DNA of 64,000 nt from Phormidesmis sp. (lineage in GTDB: Bacteria > Cyanobacteriota > Cyanobacteriia > Leptolyngbyales > Leptolyngbyaceae): positions 1,056,001-1,120,000 of the forward strand of contig CBDFJR010000005.1 in NCBI GenBank assembly GCA_965248535.1, given 5' to 3'. Under the pieces are notes generated by a model, which saw only the letters and a list, made by a program, of their open reading frames with translations, made no database searches and was not told where the DNA came from. The translations under genes and the position numbers were made by a program. Positions 1 through 8,262 of the stretch are shown one piece after another (position 1 is the stretch's first letter; every line of letters starts with the position of its first letter).

Positions 1-179
1 GCTATTCAGACAGTTCGCTGTTAAACACGGCGCTGGCGCATCTCTCCCCGCTAGCCGATCATTTGGATTTGGATAGTCATTTAAACTTGTTGGATGATCC
101 CTTTGTGGGGGCAGGGTTTCAAAATGGGCGAGTGGTGCCTAATAACCAGCCGGGGCTGGGCGTGCGATTTAGAAATTAG
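1..179 (+). CDS. Dipeptide epimerase (enolase superfamily), C-terminal part only
   Basis: Manual translation from base 3: YSDSSLLNTALAHLSPLADHLDLDSHLNLLDDPFVGAG...PGLGV, stop TAG 177-179. Confidence 0.8.
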   Translation, partial: YSDSSLLNTALAHLSPLADHLDLDSHLNLLDDPFVGAGFQNGRVVPNNQPGLGVRFRN

Positions 180-412
180 TTTCGGTCGGTTTATTCAAAG
201 CATTCTTTCGCCCGTGCGCTTTTGGTAGGGATGCCCCACAGGGTACGATCGCTCTACTGGAGCAAGAAACTATACTAAAGATAACGTTGCTCAACGCCCA
301 CAAGATTATCAAGCTGGACACGATCCTGGATTAGCTTCAGCCGCGTTGAAAAGAAAGTTATTGGGTCGGAACGTTGGCTAATTGGGGGTATGTTCTACTG
401 GGTGGTGTGAGA

Positions 413-748
413 TTAAGCGATCGCATAACCCGTATGGGGTCGCACATTGGCAGGATGAAAGCCTAACACAATCTGATCTTTTGGAATTCCTGCATTGACG
501 AGTTCGTGGGTCACACCGTCTTCGGTTTCATCCCGTTGCACCCAAATTTTGCCGTCAATGATGTCTAAGTGAATCAAGCACCCGTGAACGCGAGTTTTGC
601 GATCCCAGCCTAGGGTGATGAGGATATAGCTATCGTGGGTTTCGTCAAAGACGGGTTTGCAGATCAGTTCTCCGTGGGAGTAGGGAATTTGGGTGTAGGG
701 AATCAGAATATCTTTGATGAGTTGGCGGTAGTGGGCTAGTTTTTCCAT
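413..748 (-). CDS. xisI: XisI family protein
   Basis: Motifs HGCLIHLDIIDGKIWVQRDETE and GIPKDQIVLGFHP. Confidence 0.92.
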   Translation of the reverse strand: MEKLAHYRQLIKDILIPYTQIPYSHGELICKPVFDETHDSYILITLGWDRKTRVHGCLIHLDIIDGKIWVQRDETEDGVTHELVNAGIPKDQIVLGFHPANVRPHTGYAIA

Positions 749-1152
749 TGCAGAATGACCTCTTGTTCAGCGTCAAATACAATCAGCTTGAGATTTTCAT
801 CTTCAATCATCAGTTGTCCGATCGGTTCCTCAAATAGAGAATTGAACACTATATCGTTCACAGCCATGTAGAGCTTATAGTCTGGGTAAGTTCGACGCAT
901 GACAGCGCGATAGATGGCATACTGCCCAATGGCATCACGGAAGGCTTCCATCTCGGAAGCACTGATAAAACTTTTAACCTCAACGGCGATTTTCTCTTCT
1001 GCGCGTGTTGCCACGATCAAGCGTTTTGCACCCAGGTCAACATACATATCTTTCCGTCCCCAGCGTAGGTGAAGTGGGTCATGCGTAATGATCCAGCCAT
1101 CTGTGGTGAGTGCTTGTTTGACAGCATCATGGTAGAGGTCAAAGGCTGGCAT
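736..1152 (-). CDS. xisH: XisH family protein (PD-(D/E)XK nuclease fold)
   Basis: HDAVKQAL..DGWIITHDP, IAVEVKSF, AIGQY; 13-nt overlap with xisI. Confidence 0.92.
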   Translation of the reverse strand: MPAFDLYHDAVKQALTTDGWIITHDPLHLRWGRKDMYVDLGAKRLIVATRAEEKIAVEVKSFISASEMEAFRDAIGQYAIYRAVMRRTYPDYKLYMAVNDIVFNSLFEEPIGQLMIEDENLKLIVFDAEQEVILQWKN

Positions 1153-1188
1153 ATTGTTTCATTTAGGATTTCGTCGGCTAGCCTATGG

Positions 1189-1428
1189 TTATCCATGAAT
1201 GTCTCTCTAGGCTTTCAGTCGTTGACGTTGAGCAGAGACCACTAGCTCTAGCGCTTTGACTGCAATGTCTCGTTTGCCTCGGTATTCGATGATTTCGGGC
1301 TGTGCTGTCTTGCTGCCCAAGCTAATTTTAACTTCACTATCGGCGCTAATGACATGAATATGTGACGATCGCTTACCGTCGAAGTAGATGACCGCCCTAA
1401 GACCATCTTTTCGTAACACGGTTGGCAT
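1189..1428 (-). pseudogene. DUF4160-like toxin-antitoxin gene with a premature stop
   Basis: MPTVLRKDG..HIHV start; the frame continues LKA*RDIHG*, consistent with TGG changed to TAG at 1207-1209. Confidence 0.65.
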
Positions 1429-1769
1429 GTTTTCTCTAGTGCGATCGCGCCTGCCTAAATGGGCGATCGTAAGTCCCTATCATCCATCTGCGGAGGTACG
1501 ATCGCTGTCATAGCGGAGAGGTGGAATCGCTACTAGAGCAAGAAACTAGGTATCCCTATTTCTTAAAGAATGGAAAATAATCACCCATTTCTAGAGACCG
1601 TAGGGAGTCAGGTTTCTGAAATTGGACTTTTTCCTCTATCCTTTACTAAATATCACTACCTATTCTTGCCTTGAGTTCCAACTTTGCCCTGATACCTTCT
1701 GTAAAACTTCCATAGCAGACTAGAATGAGCTAACCACTTACAAAACTCAAACACTTATTTCTGCTGGAT

Positions 1770-2201
1770 ATGGAGGATTATCAAAATGCTTTCTCAGAGC
1801 GTCACACTGATACCGAAGCATTATGTAACTCTGGGAGGAAAATAGCTGCTATGCACTTCGGCGGTATTACAATCGAATGTTTACTCAAGGCAATGATCGT
1901 TGCCTCGTTATCAAAAAGCGTGTCTAAGGAATGGAAAACAGATTCTGTTGATCCCGGACACACTATCACTAACCCCGGACACAGTTATGGTGAAGCGCTT
2001 AAGCGACACAACCGATTGAATTCTAGGATTCAGAAGTTTCCAGAGGTAATGAAATGGCTCCAGGATATCGAATGTCCAAACCAGCATTTCATAGATATGC
2101 GCTATTCTTGCAACGAGCCTGATGATAAGAGCTATAAATGTTGGTTAGACTCATATCAGCGGCTCAAAGGATGGTTACAGAAACAAGCCAATCAACTTTA
2201 A
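1770..2201 (+). CDS. HEPN-like domain protein
   Basis: IECLLKA, GHSYGEAL and MRY motifs typical of HEPN; 143 aa. Confidence 0.6.
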   Translation: MEDYQNAFSERHTDTEALCNSGRKIAAMHFGGITIECLLKAMIVASLSKSVSKEWKTDSVDPGHTITNPGHSYGEALKRHNRLNSRIQKFPEVMKWLQDIECPNQHFIDMRYSCNEPDDKSYKCWLDSYQRLKGWLQKQANQL

Positions 2202-2210
2202 AGAGGGGAG

Positions 2211-4910
2211 ATGCAGGAAACTTGGCAAGAAAGACTGAAGCAGCAACTTACAACCCAGTACATAGGAAGATCCCAGGACTGGGTTGGTATAAACATTTCT
2301 ACATCTGGCTTACTGAATTTAACTATCGTGAGCGATAGTTTTTCTGATTTGTCCATACCTCAGCGTAGGGAAATCATATTAAATTTCTTACAACAGTCAC
2401 GAGTTTCTCTATCCCCAGGTTTTTTATCTCTCTATACGCCACAAGAGGCTGAATCTCTTAATCTGTCGCAACCACAAGCTGTTAATGGAGACTCAGTACA
2501 CACTTGGCAAGATTTAGCTTTACAAGCAGCTAACCCCCAAAATCAATCACAGCCTGCTCAACGTGAACCAAGTGTTCCTCGAACTGTAACATTTTATTCT
2601 TTCAAAGGGGGAGTAGGTCGAACTACAGCATTAACGCATGTTGCATGGATTCTTGCGTTACGTGGTCGCAAAATTGTAGCTGTTGATTTGGATTTGGAAG
2701 CGCCTGGATTAAGTACAGCGTTTAACTTGAATCCTCAACCAAAGTATGGAATTGTCGACTATTTTTATGAACGTTCCTATTTGCCAGAGGGGGTAGAACC
2801 TAATATCTCAGTAGCTCAAATATTCGGTGAAGTTAAAATACCTAACGCTACAGGAAGATTGTTTGTCGTTCCTGCTGGAACTCTTGACCTCGACTATATC
2901 TCTAAAGTTGATGATCTACGAGCAACTACCGTTACTGATACTGGCGACAACCTCTGGTCTATTTTTAGCCGCGAAATTCAAGAACAGTTAAAACCAGATA
3001 TTCTATTAATTGATTCACGAACTGGAATTAATCAATGGGGGGCTTTATCACTACTACAAGCAGCAGATGAAGTAATCGTATTTTTATTTCCAAATGAGCA
3101 AAATCGTCAGGGAATTAGTTTACTTCTACAATCACTTCAATCCTTTAGAGATCTATCTATAAATTTTGTATTTACTCCAGTTCCTGATACTACCGAAGTT
3201 GGGATGACTAAGGTAAAAAGGATTTGGAAGTTCTTATATGAAGCGGTTAAGAATAGAGCGAGTGAAGATGATGACACAATTGAAGATTCATCCAGAGAAA
3301 GTGAGTCCGATTTAGATGACTCATTTGCCGAAGTAGAGCCATTAGTGGTTCCTTACTTACCCCCAATTGCTTTAGCTGATAGTTATCCTGTACCAGCACT
3401 TCTAGATTACTATACTCGAATTGCTAACCTGATTGACGAAGAAACTGACGAGCTTCAACGGAAAACTATCTTAACTGGTTCAAATCGTCGATGGAGCATT
3501 ATTAAAAACCTTCAATTTCCTGAAGTTAATGCGGCTGACCCACAGCAAGATCTGAGTTTGCTATTTCAGCGAACCACTGATTTTGAAAAATTTCTAGACA
3601 ATACTAACTGTCTTATTAGAGGACGGAAGGGAACTGGTAAAACCGCTCTGTACTGGCTTTTACTAAAACATAACAAGGTTGCTCAACAATTGGCTCATGG
3701 TCGGTTAGATGACACCATTTGCTTTTCTGGTCATGGTAGGTTTCATGAGAGTCGTCCATCGCGTGACGAGTTCCAAGTGATTCACAGGGGTCTACAAGAA
3801 AATAATGGCTCATGGGAAGCATTCTGGAGAGCTTATTTACTGTTTAGGATCGTCAAAGAAAATGGCTTCAGCTTCCCCAAAGGTAGAAAAGGGGAGAAGT
3901 TTACTGAGATGAAAAGAATTATTAATGAGCTGCCTGGTGAAAGATGGCAGTATGAACACACTCAAGATCTGCTTCATCTATCCAGCGACTCTAATCTGCT
4001 TCTCATTGTCAAGGATGCTTTAGATACCTTTAACGAGCAGGTACAAAATCAATCCAAAACACTGTGGTTTCTGTATGATGATTTAGATGAAGATTTTCCT
4101 GAAAAAGATGAGGTAAGGCATCAAGCTCTGATTGGCTTATTTCAACTTATTCAAGCTTGTGACGCAAGAAAGATAATATCGATTCGGTTCAAGATTTTCT
4201 TAAGAGAAGATATTTGGAATCGTTTAAGTTTTGACAATAAAAGCCATTTCAATGGACGTGATCTTCTTTTACAGTGGAATCGGGTTGATTTTCTTAGACT
4301 TGCACTTCGCCAAGCAACCCAGTCTAAGGAATTCAAGAGCTTAGTAGATCGGTTTTCTCCTGTCGAAAGCATTGATCAAGCCAGTGAGGAAGCTGTTGAT
4401 CGAGCGTTAGAACTTCTCTGGGGAAGCCGTCGCAGATCAGGCACCAAAGCTAAGTATGTAACAAGATGGGTCTATGAGCGTCTTACAGATTCAAGTAGTA
4501 CTACCTTTCCTCGCAGTTTGAGCATTTTGTTGAGAGGGGCAAAAGAGCAGGAACTAACCTATGAAGGACAACCCTCAAAACAAACACCCACAGACCGTTT
4601 ATTACGAGGAACCTCTCTTGAGATTGGACTAAAGAAAGCCTCGGAAGAGCGTTGTCATGCAGTTAGAGAGGAATATCCTGATTTGAGAAAATTCTTTGAC
4701 TCTCTTAAAGCGATGCAAGCTCTATTATCAAAGGAAGAATTGCAAACTATATGGCAAGAATCTGCACAAAATGTCTCATCGGAATATGATGATTTTTCGG
4801 ATTTACTGAGCGAGATTGGTATCGCTGAATGGCGTGAGAAGGATCAGCGCTATAAATTTGCGGACATCTATGTATATGGGTTTGAGATGATTCGTAAAGG
4901 TGCAGTCTAG
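2211..4910 (+). CDS. Multidomain ATPase: ParA/MinD-like KGGVGR domain plus a second P-loop ATPase (Sll1717-like)
   Basis: SFKGGVGRTT, VDLDLEAPG and IDSRTG; then GRKGTGKT, FLYDDLDE, KIFLREDIW and FPR; RBS GAGGGG upstream. Confidence 0.75.
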   Translation: MQETWQERLKQQLTTQYIGRSQDWVGINISTSGLLNLTIVSDSFSDLSIPQRREIILNFLQQSRVSLSPGFLSLYTPQEAESLNLSQPQAVNGDSVHTWQDLALQAANPQNQSQPAQREPSVPRTVTFYSFKGGVGRTTALTHVAWILALRGRKIVAVDLDLEAPGLSTAFNLNPQPKYGIVDYFYERSYLPEGVEPNISVAQIFGEVKIPNATGRLFVVPAGTLDLDYISKVDDLRATTVTDTGDNLWSIFSREIQEQLKPDILLIDSRTGINQWGALSLLQAADEVIVFLFPNEQNRQGISLLLQSLQSFRDLSINFVFTPVPDTTEVGMTKVKRIWKFLYEAVKNRASEDDDTIEDSSRESESDLDDSFAEVEPLVVPYLPPIALADSYPVPALLDYYTRIANLIDEETDELQRKTILTGSNRRWSIIKNLQFPEVNAADPQQDLSLLFQRTTDFEKFLDNTNCLIRGRKGTGKTALYWLLLKHNKVAQQLAHGRLDDTICFSGHGRFHESRPSRDEFQVIHRGLQENNGSWEAFWRAYLLFRIVKENGFSFPKGRKGEKFTEMKRIINELPGERWQYEHTQDLLHLSSDSNLLLIVKDALDTFNEQVQNQSKTLWFLYDDLDEDFPEKDEVRHQALIGLFQLIQACDARKIISIRFKIFLREDIWNRLSFDNKSHFNGRDLLLQWNRVDFLRLALRQATQSKEFKSLVDRFSPVESIDQASEEAVDRALELLWGSRRRSGTKAKYVTRWVYERLTDSSSTTFPRSLSILLRGAKEQELTYEGQPSKQTPTDRLLRGTSLEIGLKKASEERCHAVREEYPDLRKFFDSLKAMQALLSKEELQTIWQESAQNVSSEYDDFSDLLSEIGIAEWREKDQRYKFADIYVYGFEMIRKGAV

Positions 4911-5131
4911 ATGGTGTCATGCACTTTTGAATCCAATACTCATGAACCATCTGACCATCAATATTACAAAGGGAGTCAGGTGAAATCTGATTAACGTGTC
5001 TGGGAACCGCTCGCAATCTCGCGCTAATCGTCGAAACCGCGACATCTAGTGCAAAACTGCGTTCTCTTACCCAGTCCCTTGAGAGGAGAAACTCTCCTCC
5101 ATTACTGTGCTCTCTACTACCCATCTTCTGC

Positions 5132-5443
5132 TGCGCCGATCGCATTTGGACGAGAGAACTCGACTTTATCAAAGTCAAAGACAAAAACCATCCGGTTGTA
5201 ATTTATGAACTAGTGGGGCTGCGATCGGAGACGGTTTCTGACCAAAAGCAGCAAGTGGTTGAGCACTATGAAAAAGGCCGACGGCACTATTTAGCTCGCA
5301 AATTTGCCTCCGCAGTGGCCGAGTTTGCCATGGTTTTAGAAACTGATAGCCGTGACAAAGCGGCGGCCCTGCACATGGAGCGCTGTCAACATTGGCTCAA
5401 AAATCCCCCAAATGATGAGTGGGATAGCAGTTGGAAATATTAA
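5132..5443 (+). pseudogene. C-terminal remnant of a class III adenylate/guanylate cyclase
   Basis: ADRIWTRELDFIKVKDKNHPVVIYELVG...ERCQHWLKNPPNDEWD; no catalytic N-terminal part. Confidence 0.7.
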
Positions 5444-5503
5444 ACCCGTTGGAATCTGATTGAAAAAGTCTTAACCAATAGCTTAACCTGTGGAACATCG
5501 CGC

Positions 5504-5509
5504 TATAAT
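5504..5509 (+). promoter_or_regulatory. -10 box of the ssrA promoter
   Basis: TATAAT ending 12 nt before the mature tmRNA 5' end. Confidence 0.65.
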
Positions 5510-5521
5510 GAGTAAAGTCAC

Positions 5522-5899
5522 GGGGCTGTAACGGTTTCGACAGGTTGGCGAACGTCACAACGTGATTCAGGTCGAGAGCGAGTCCACTCTCGTAAATATC
5601 GGCTCAAAACACAGTACATGCGAACAACATTGTACCCTTCGCTCGTAAAGCAGTCACTGCCTAAAAACCCCTAGCGGTTCGAGCGTCTACGATTTGACAC
5701 CGTTAAGGATCGTAGAACAACCCCAACGGTCGCTCTAGACGATCGCCTCAAGTCGGTTTTCTAGCTAAGACAATACTTGAGAATCCTCCCGTTCGGGATA
5801 ATGAACGGTTCCCGCTTTGAGGACTAGAGAAGCTAAACCTGTGAATGAGCGGTGTGCTAATACCCAATTTGGACACGGGTTCGACTCCCGTCAGCTCCA
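5522..5899 (+). ncRNA. ssrA: tmRNA; tag peptide ANNIVPFARKAVTA at 5620-5664
   Basis: 5' GGGGCTGTAACGGTTTCGAC, 3' T-arm GGGTTCGACTCCCGTCAGCTCCA, cyanobacterial-type tag frame. Confidence 0.97.
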
Positions 5900-5908
5900 C
5901 TAAAAACC

Positions 5909-5942
5909 AAAAAGGAGGCTCTTAATCAGAGCCTCCTTTTTT
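5909..5942. terminator. Bidirectional intrinsic terminator
   Basis: AAAAAGGAGGCTC-N7-GAGCCTCCTTTTTT between the convergent ssrA and holin-like genes. Confidence 0.85.
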
Positions 5943-5978
5943 ATTGAAAATGTGACTGCCATGTTGAAGCGATCGCGG

Positions 5979-6347
5979 CTATTTAGCAAACGATTGACCA
6001 ACGCCTTTTTCTGCAAAGTACTGACTTAAGAAGGTGTTAGTCAATGAAAGGACGATGGGTGCCAGCACGATCGCTAGCCAGCCATGCACCGCAAACCCAG
6101 GCACCAAAAGCGACGCTAGCCAAAAACAAACGCCATTAACGACGAGTGAAAACGATCCTAGGGTCACAAAGGTGATCGGCAGTGAGAGCATCGATAAGAC
6201 TGGTTTAACAAACGCATTCACCAATCCAATCGAGACTGCGGCTAACAATGCAGCTAAGAACGTGTTGATATCCACTCCGGGAATGGCAAGGTCAACCACT
6301 AATAAACTCAGCGCAGTCGTTAAAGTAGTCAGAAAAAATCCAAGCAT
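5979..6347 (-). CDS. Phage holin-like family membrane protein (YvlD/DUF360)
   Basis: Four hydrophobic segments, GLVNAFVKPVL..LSLP.TF.TLG.FSLVVNG; start taken at MLGFF. Confidence 0.85.
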   Translation of the reverse strand: MLGFFLTTLTTALSLLVVDLAIPGVDINTFLAALLAAVSIGLVNAFVKPVLSMLSLPITFVTLGSFSLVVNGVCFWLASLLVPGFAVHGWLAIVLAPIVLSLTNTFLSQYFAEKGVGQSFAK

Positions 6348-6371
6348 TGTGTATCTCCTCATCCAAGTAAG

Positions 6372-6563
6372 TTAAAGGGTGCCTGTCTGTTGGTTAACGG
6401 TCTCTTCGTGTTTTGAGATCGCCCAAACTGCGTGAATGACCCCCGGAACCCAACCCAGAAAAGTCAATGCAATGTTGATTAGTAGAGTAGTGCTCAGACC
6501 ATAGGTCATAAACACACCGACCGGAGGCAGAAAAACAGCAAGCAGAATGCGAATGAGTTGCAT
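6372..6563 (-). CDS. YqaE/Pmp3 family membrane protein
   Basis: LAVFLPPVGV..INIALTFLGWVPGVIHAVW. Confidence 0.92.
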   Translation of the reverse strand: MQLIRILLAVFLPPVGVFMTYGLSTTLLINIALTFLGWVPGVIHAVWAISKHEETVNQQTGTL

Positions 6564-6601
6564 AAAATAACCTCAAAGTAAATGATTAGAACAATGGGAA
6601 C

Positions 6602-7153
6602 TTAAATCTTAGCGGCAGCAGTTTGCAGAAAGTCTTTTAACTGTTGCTTGATTTGAGATTCTTTCCGGGCGGCGGCGGCTCCTGCTGCGCCAGCTTTGGT
6701 TTCAAACTCGGCTTGCTTTTGCTGAAGGGGATCAGAGTTTTGAGTTTCAGCATTGGCGATCGTGCTCCGATATCGTGCTGCCAGGGTTTCAATCTTTTGT
6801 TTGACAGTCTGGTAGCGATCGCCATAACGAGTCGTGAGCGTGGCATCTAGCGTGGTTAGCTGATTTTTCAATTCGACAACCAGCCGATTTTTAAGGGTCG
6901 TAAACAGACTCACGGGTTGAGATCGATCGGGATCTTCGGCAAATTCTTGCCCCGTCTCTTTCACATCGTCCGAGATCGTAGAGAAGGTGTCTTTAGCGAT
7001 CGTGCCGATTTCGTTAGAGCCAGCTTTCAACTCAGTCATAGCCTGAGAGGCAGCATCCCGAACGATTTCACCAATGCGAGTGGCGCGAACGCTCCCTTGA
7101 GTTTTGACTTTTTGAAAGTCGGTTGCAATGCGGTCTTTGATGGAATCTGACAT
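6602..7153 (-). CDS. Hypothetical helical protein
   Basis: 183-aa ORF co-oriented with neighbours; Ala/Lys/Thr-rich amphipathic helices. Confidence 0.75.
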   Translation of the reverse strand: MSDSIKDRIATDFQKVKTQGSVRATRIGEIVRDAASQAMTELKAGSNEIGTIAKDTFSTISDDVKETGQEFAEDPDRSQPVSLFTTLKNRLVVELKNQLTTLDATLTTRYGDRYQTVKQKIETLAARYRSTIANAETQNSDPLQQKQAEFETKAGAAGAAAARKESQIKQQLKDFLQTAAAKI

Positions 7154-7224
7154 AGTTTACCTGCTGTGTGACATTACAAGGTTTGTGTTGAAATCACTTC
7201 TCAGAAACACACATCCACTCTGAT

Positions 7225-7488
7225 CTAGCTGACTGCAACAGTCTTTGAACTAGCACCGTTTGTTTTGCGCGTTTTCAACTGTTCTAAAAGAAGTTGAGAG
7301 ACTTCAGTTATCAGAACGGTGGCAATCACGCCATCGTCAATCCAGCCTAAAATCGGTAGCGCATCGGTCGCTAAATTGAAGGGACTCACGAGATAAAGCA
7401 AACTGCCTAACACGATCGCCCAGCGATATTTAGAATTCTGTAGAGTGGCGCGATACCAGGCATAGAGAGGCTGTGTGAGAAATTTCAT
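7225..7488 (-). CDS. YkvA/DUF1232 family protein
   Basis: YLVSPFNLATDALPILGWIDDG; start taken at MKFL. Confidence 0.85.
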   Translation of the reverse strand: MKFLTQPLYAWYRATLQNSKYRWAIVLGSLLYLVSPFNLATDALPILGWIDDGVIATVLITEVSQLLLEQLKTRKTNGASSKTVAVS

Positions 7489-7861
7489 CGGGTGCCTTTT
7501 GGTTGACAAGACTATCTTCGCAAACCTCTTGCTAGATTTCTGGTGTTGATAACCCACGATTTTGTCGTAGCATTCCCACCTCATAGAGTTATGCAATCGT
7601 CTTAGCGTTAAAAAACTGTAAAAACCGTTTCAGTTTTGCATTTTAGATAAATGTGCATCAGTCTGGGGGCTGATATTAGGTGGCTTGATAGTAGAGCGAA
7701 CTATAGGGTTTACGTTAGCCCTCCGCTTTTTTGCCTCGTTTGGCTGATTGCAGCAAAATAGACCCTAAGAGAGAATTATTTGGTAGTCTTTGTTACAGAA
7801 ATCTATTAGGATTGGGATATCTAAAACATTTTCTGACGTAGAATTCTGTCATTTGTGAATC

Positions 7862-8251
7862 ATGGCTACTGCACTTCAAGCTAACCCGTCTCAAATCTCT
7901 GCTCAACATCAAGCCACGATCGCCGCTTCCCTGGCTCGTCGGCTGGCGATTGCAAAGGCGGCTCAAAACGCTCAACTCATTACGCTGCTAGAGCAAGAGC
8001 AACAGCAGCTAGACCACAACCCTCACCCGTTAACTCTGTTAGCGCTTGCCGATCAGGTTAAGCAAATCTGGCAGTCTTGGTTAGATGCCCTCGATCGTCA
8101 CTCTCAGCTTTCGGTCAAGCAAGTCGTTGGCGAATCGGGGCTAGTTTTTTGGTATGCCTATGACCCTCAAACTGGAAAGTCTCTCTACGCAGAGTCTTCT
8201 TCAGAAGTCGTGAAATGGATTGAGGACAATCATTTAGGACAACAATCCTAA
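7862..8251 (+). CDS. Hypothetical protein
   Basis: 129-aa ORF ending in WYAYDPQTG..SSSEVVKWIE, a pattern seen in cyanobacterial small proteins. Confidence 0.7.
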   Translation: MATALQANPSQISAQHQATIAASLARRLAIAKAAQNAQLITLLEQEQQQLDHNPHPLTLLALADQVKQIWQSWLDALDRHSQLSVKQVVGESGLVFWYAYDPQTGKSLYAESSSEVVKWIEDNHLGQQS

Positions 8252-8262
8252 TCCTAAAAACT

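Noticed and set aside
280..378. Possible attC downstream of xisI (GATAACGTT...GAACGTTGGC)
   Set aside because: Internal arms pair poorly and lack the GCAC/GCAG L-box pattern of the clear sites
5522..5942. tmRNA as the integration site of the left-hand island
   Set aside because: The accessory DNA lies 5' of ssrA; no duplicated 3' end and no integrase were seen in the window
5979..6347. Holin as evidence of a prophage
   Set aside because: This family is common in non-phage contexts and no other phage genes are nearby
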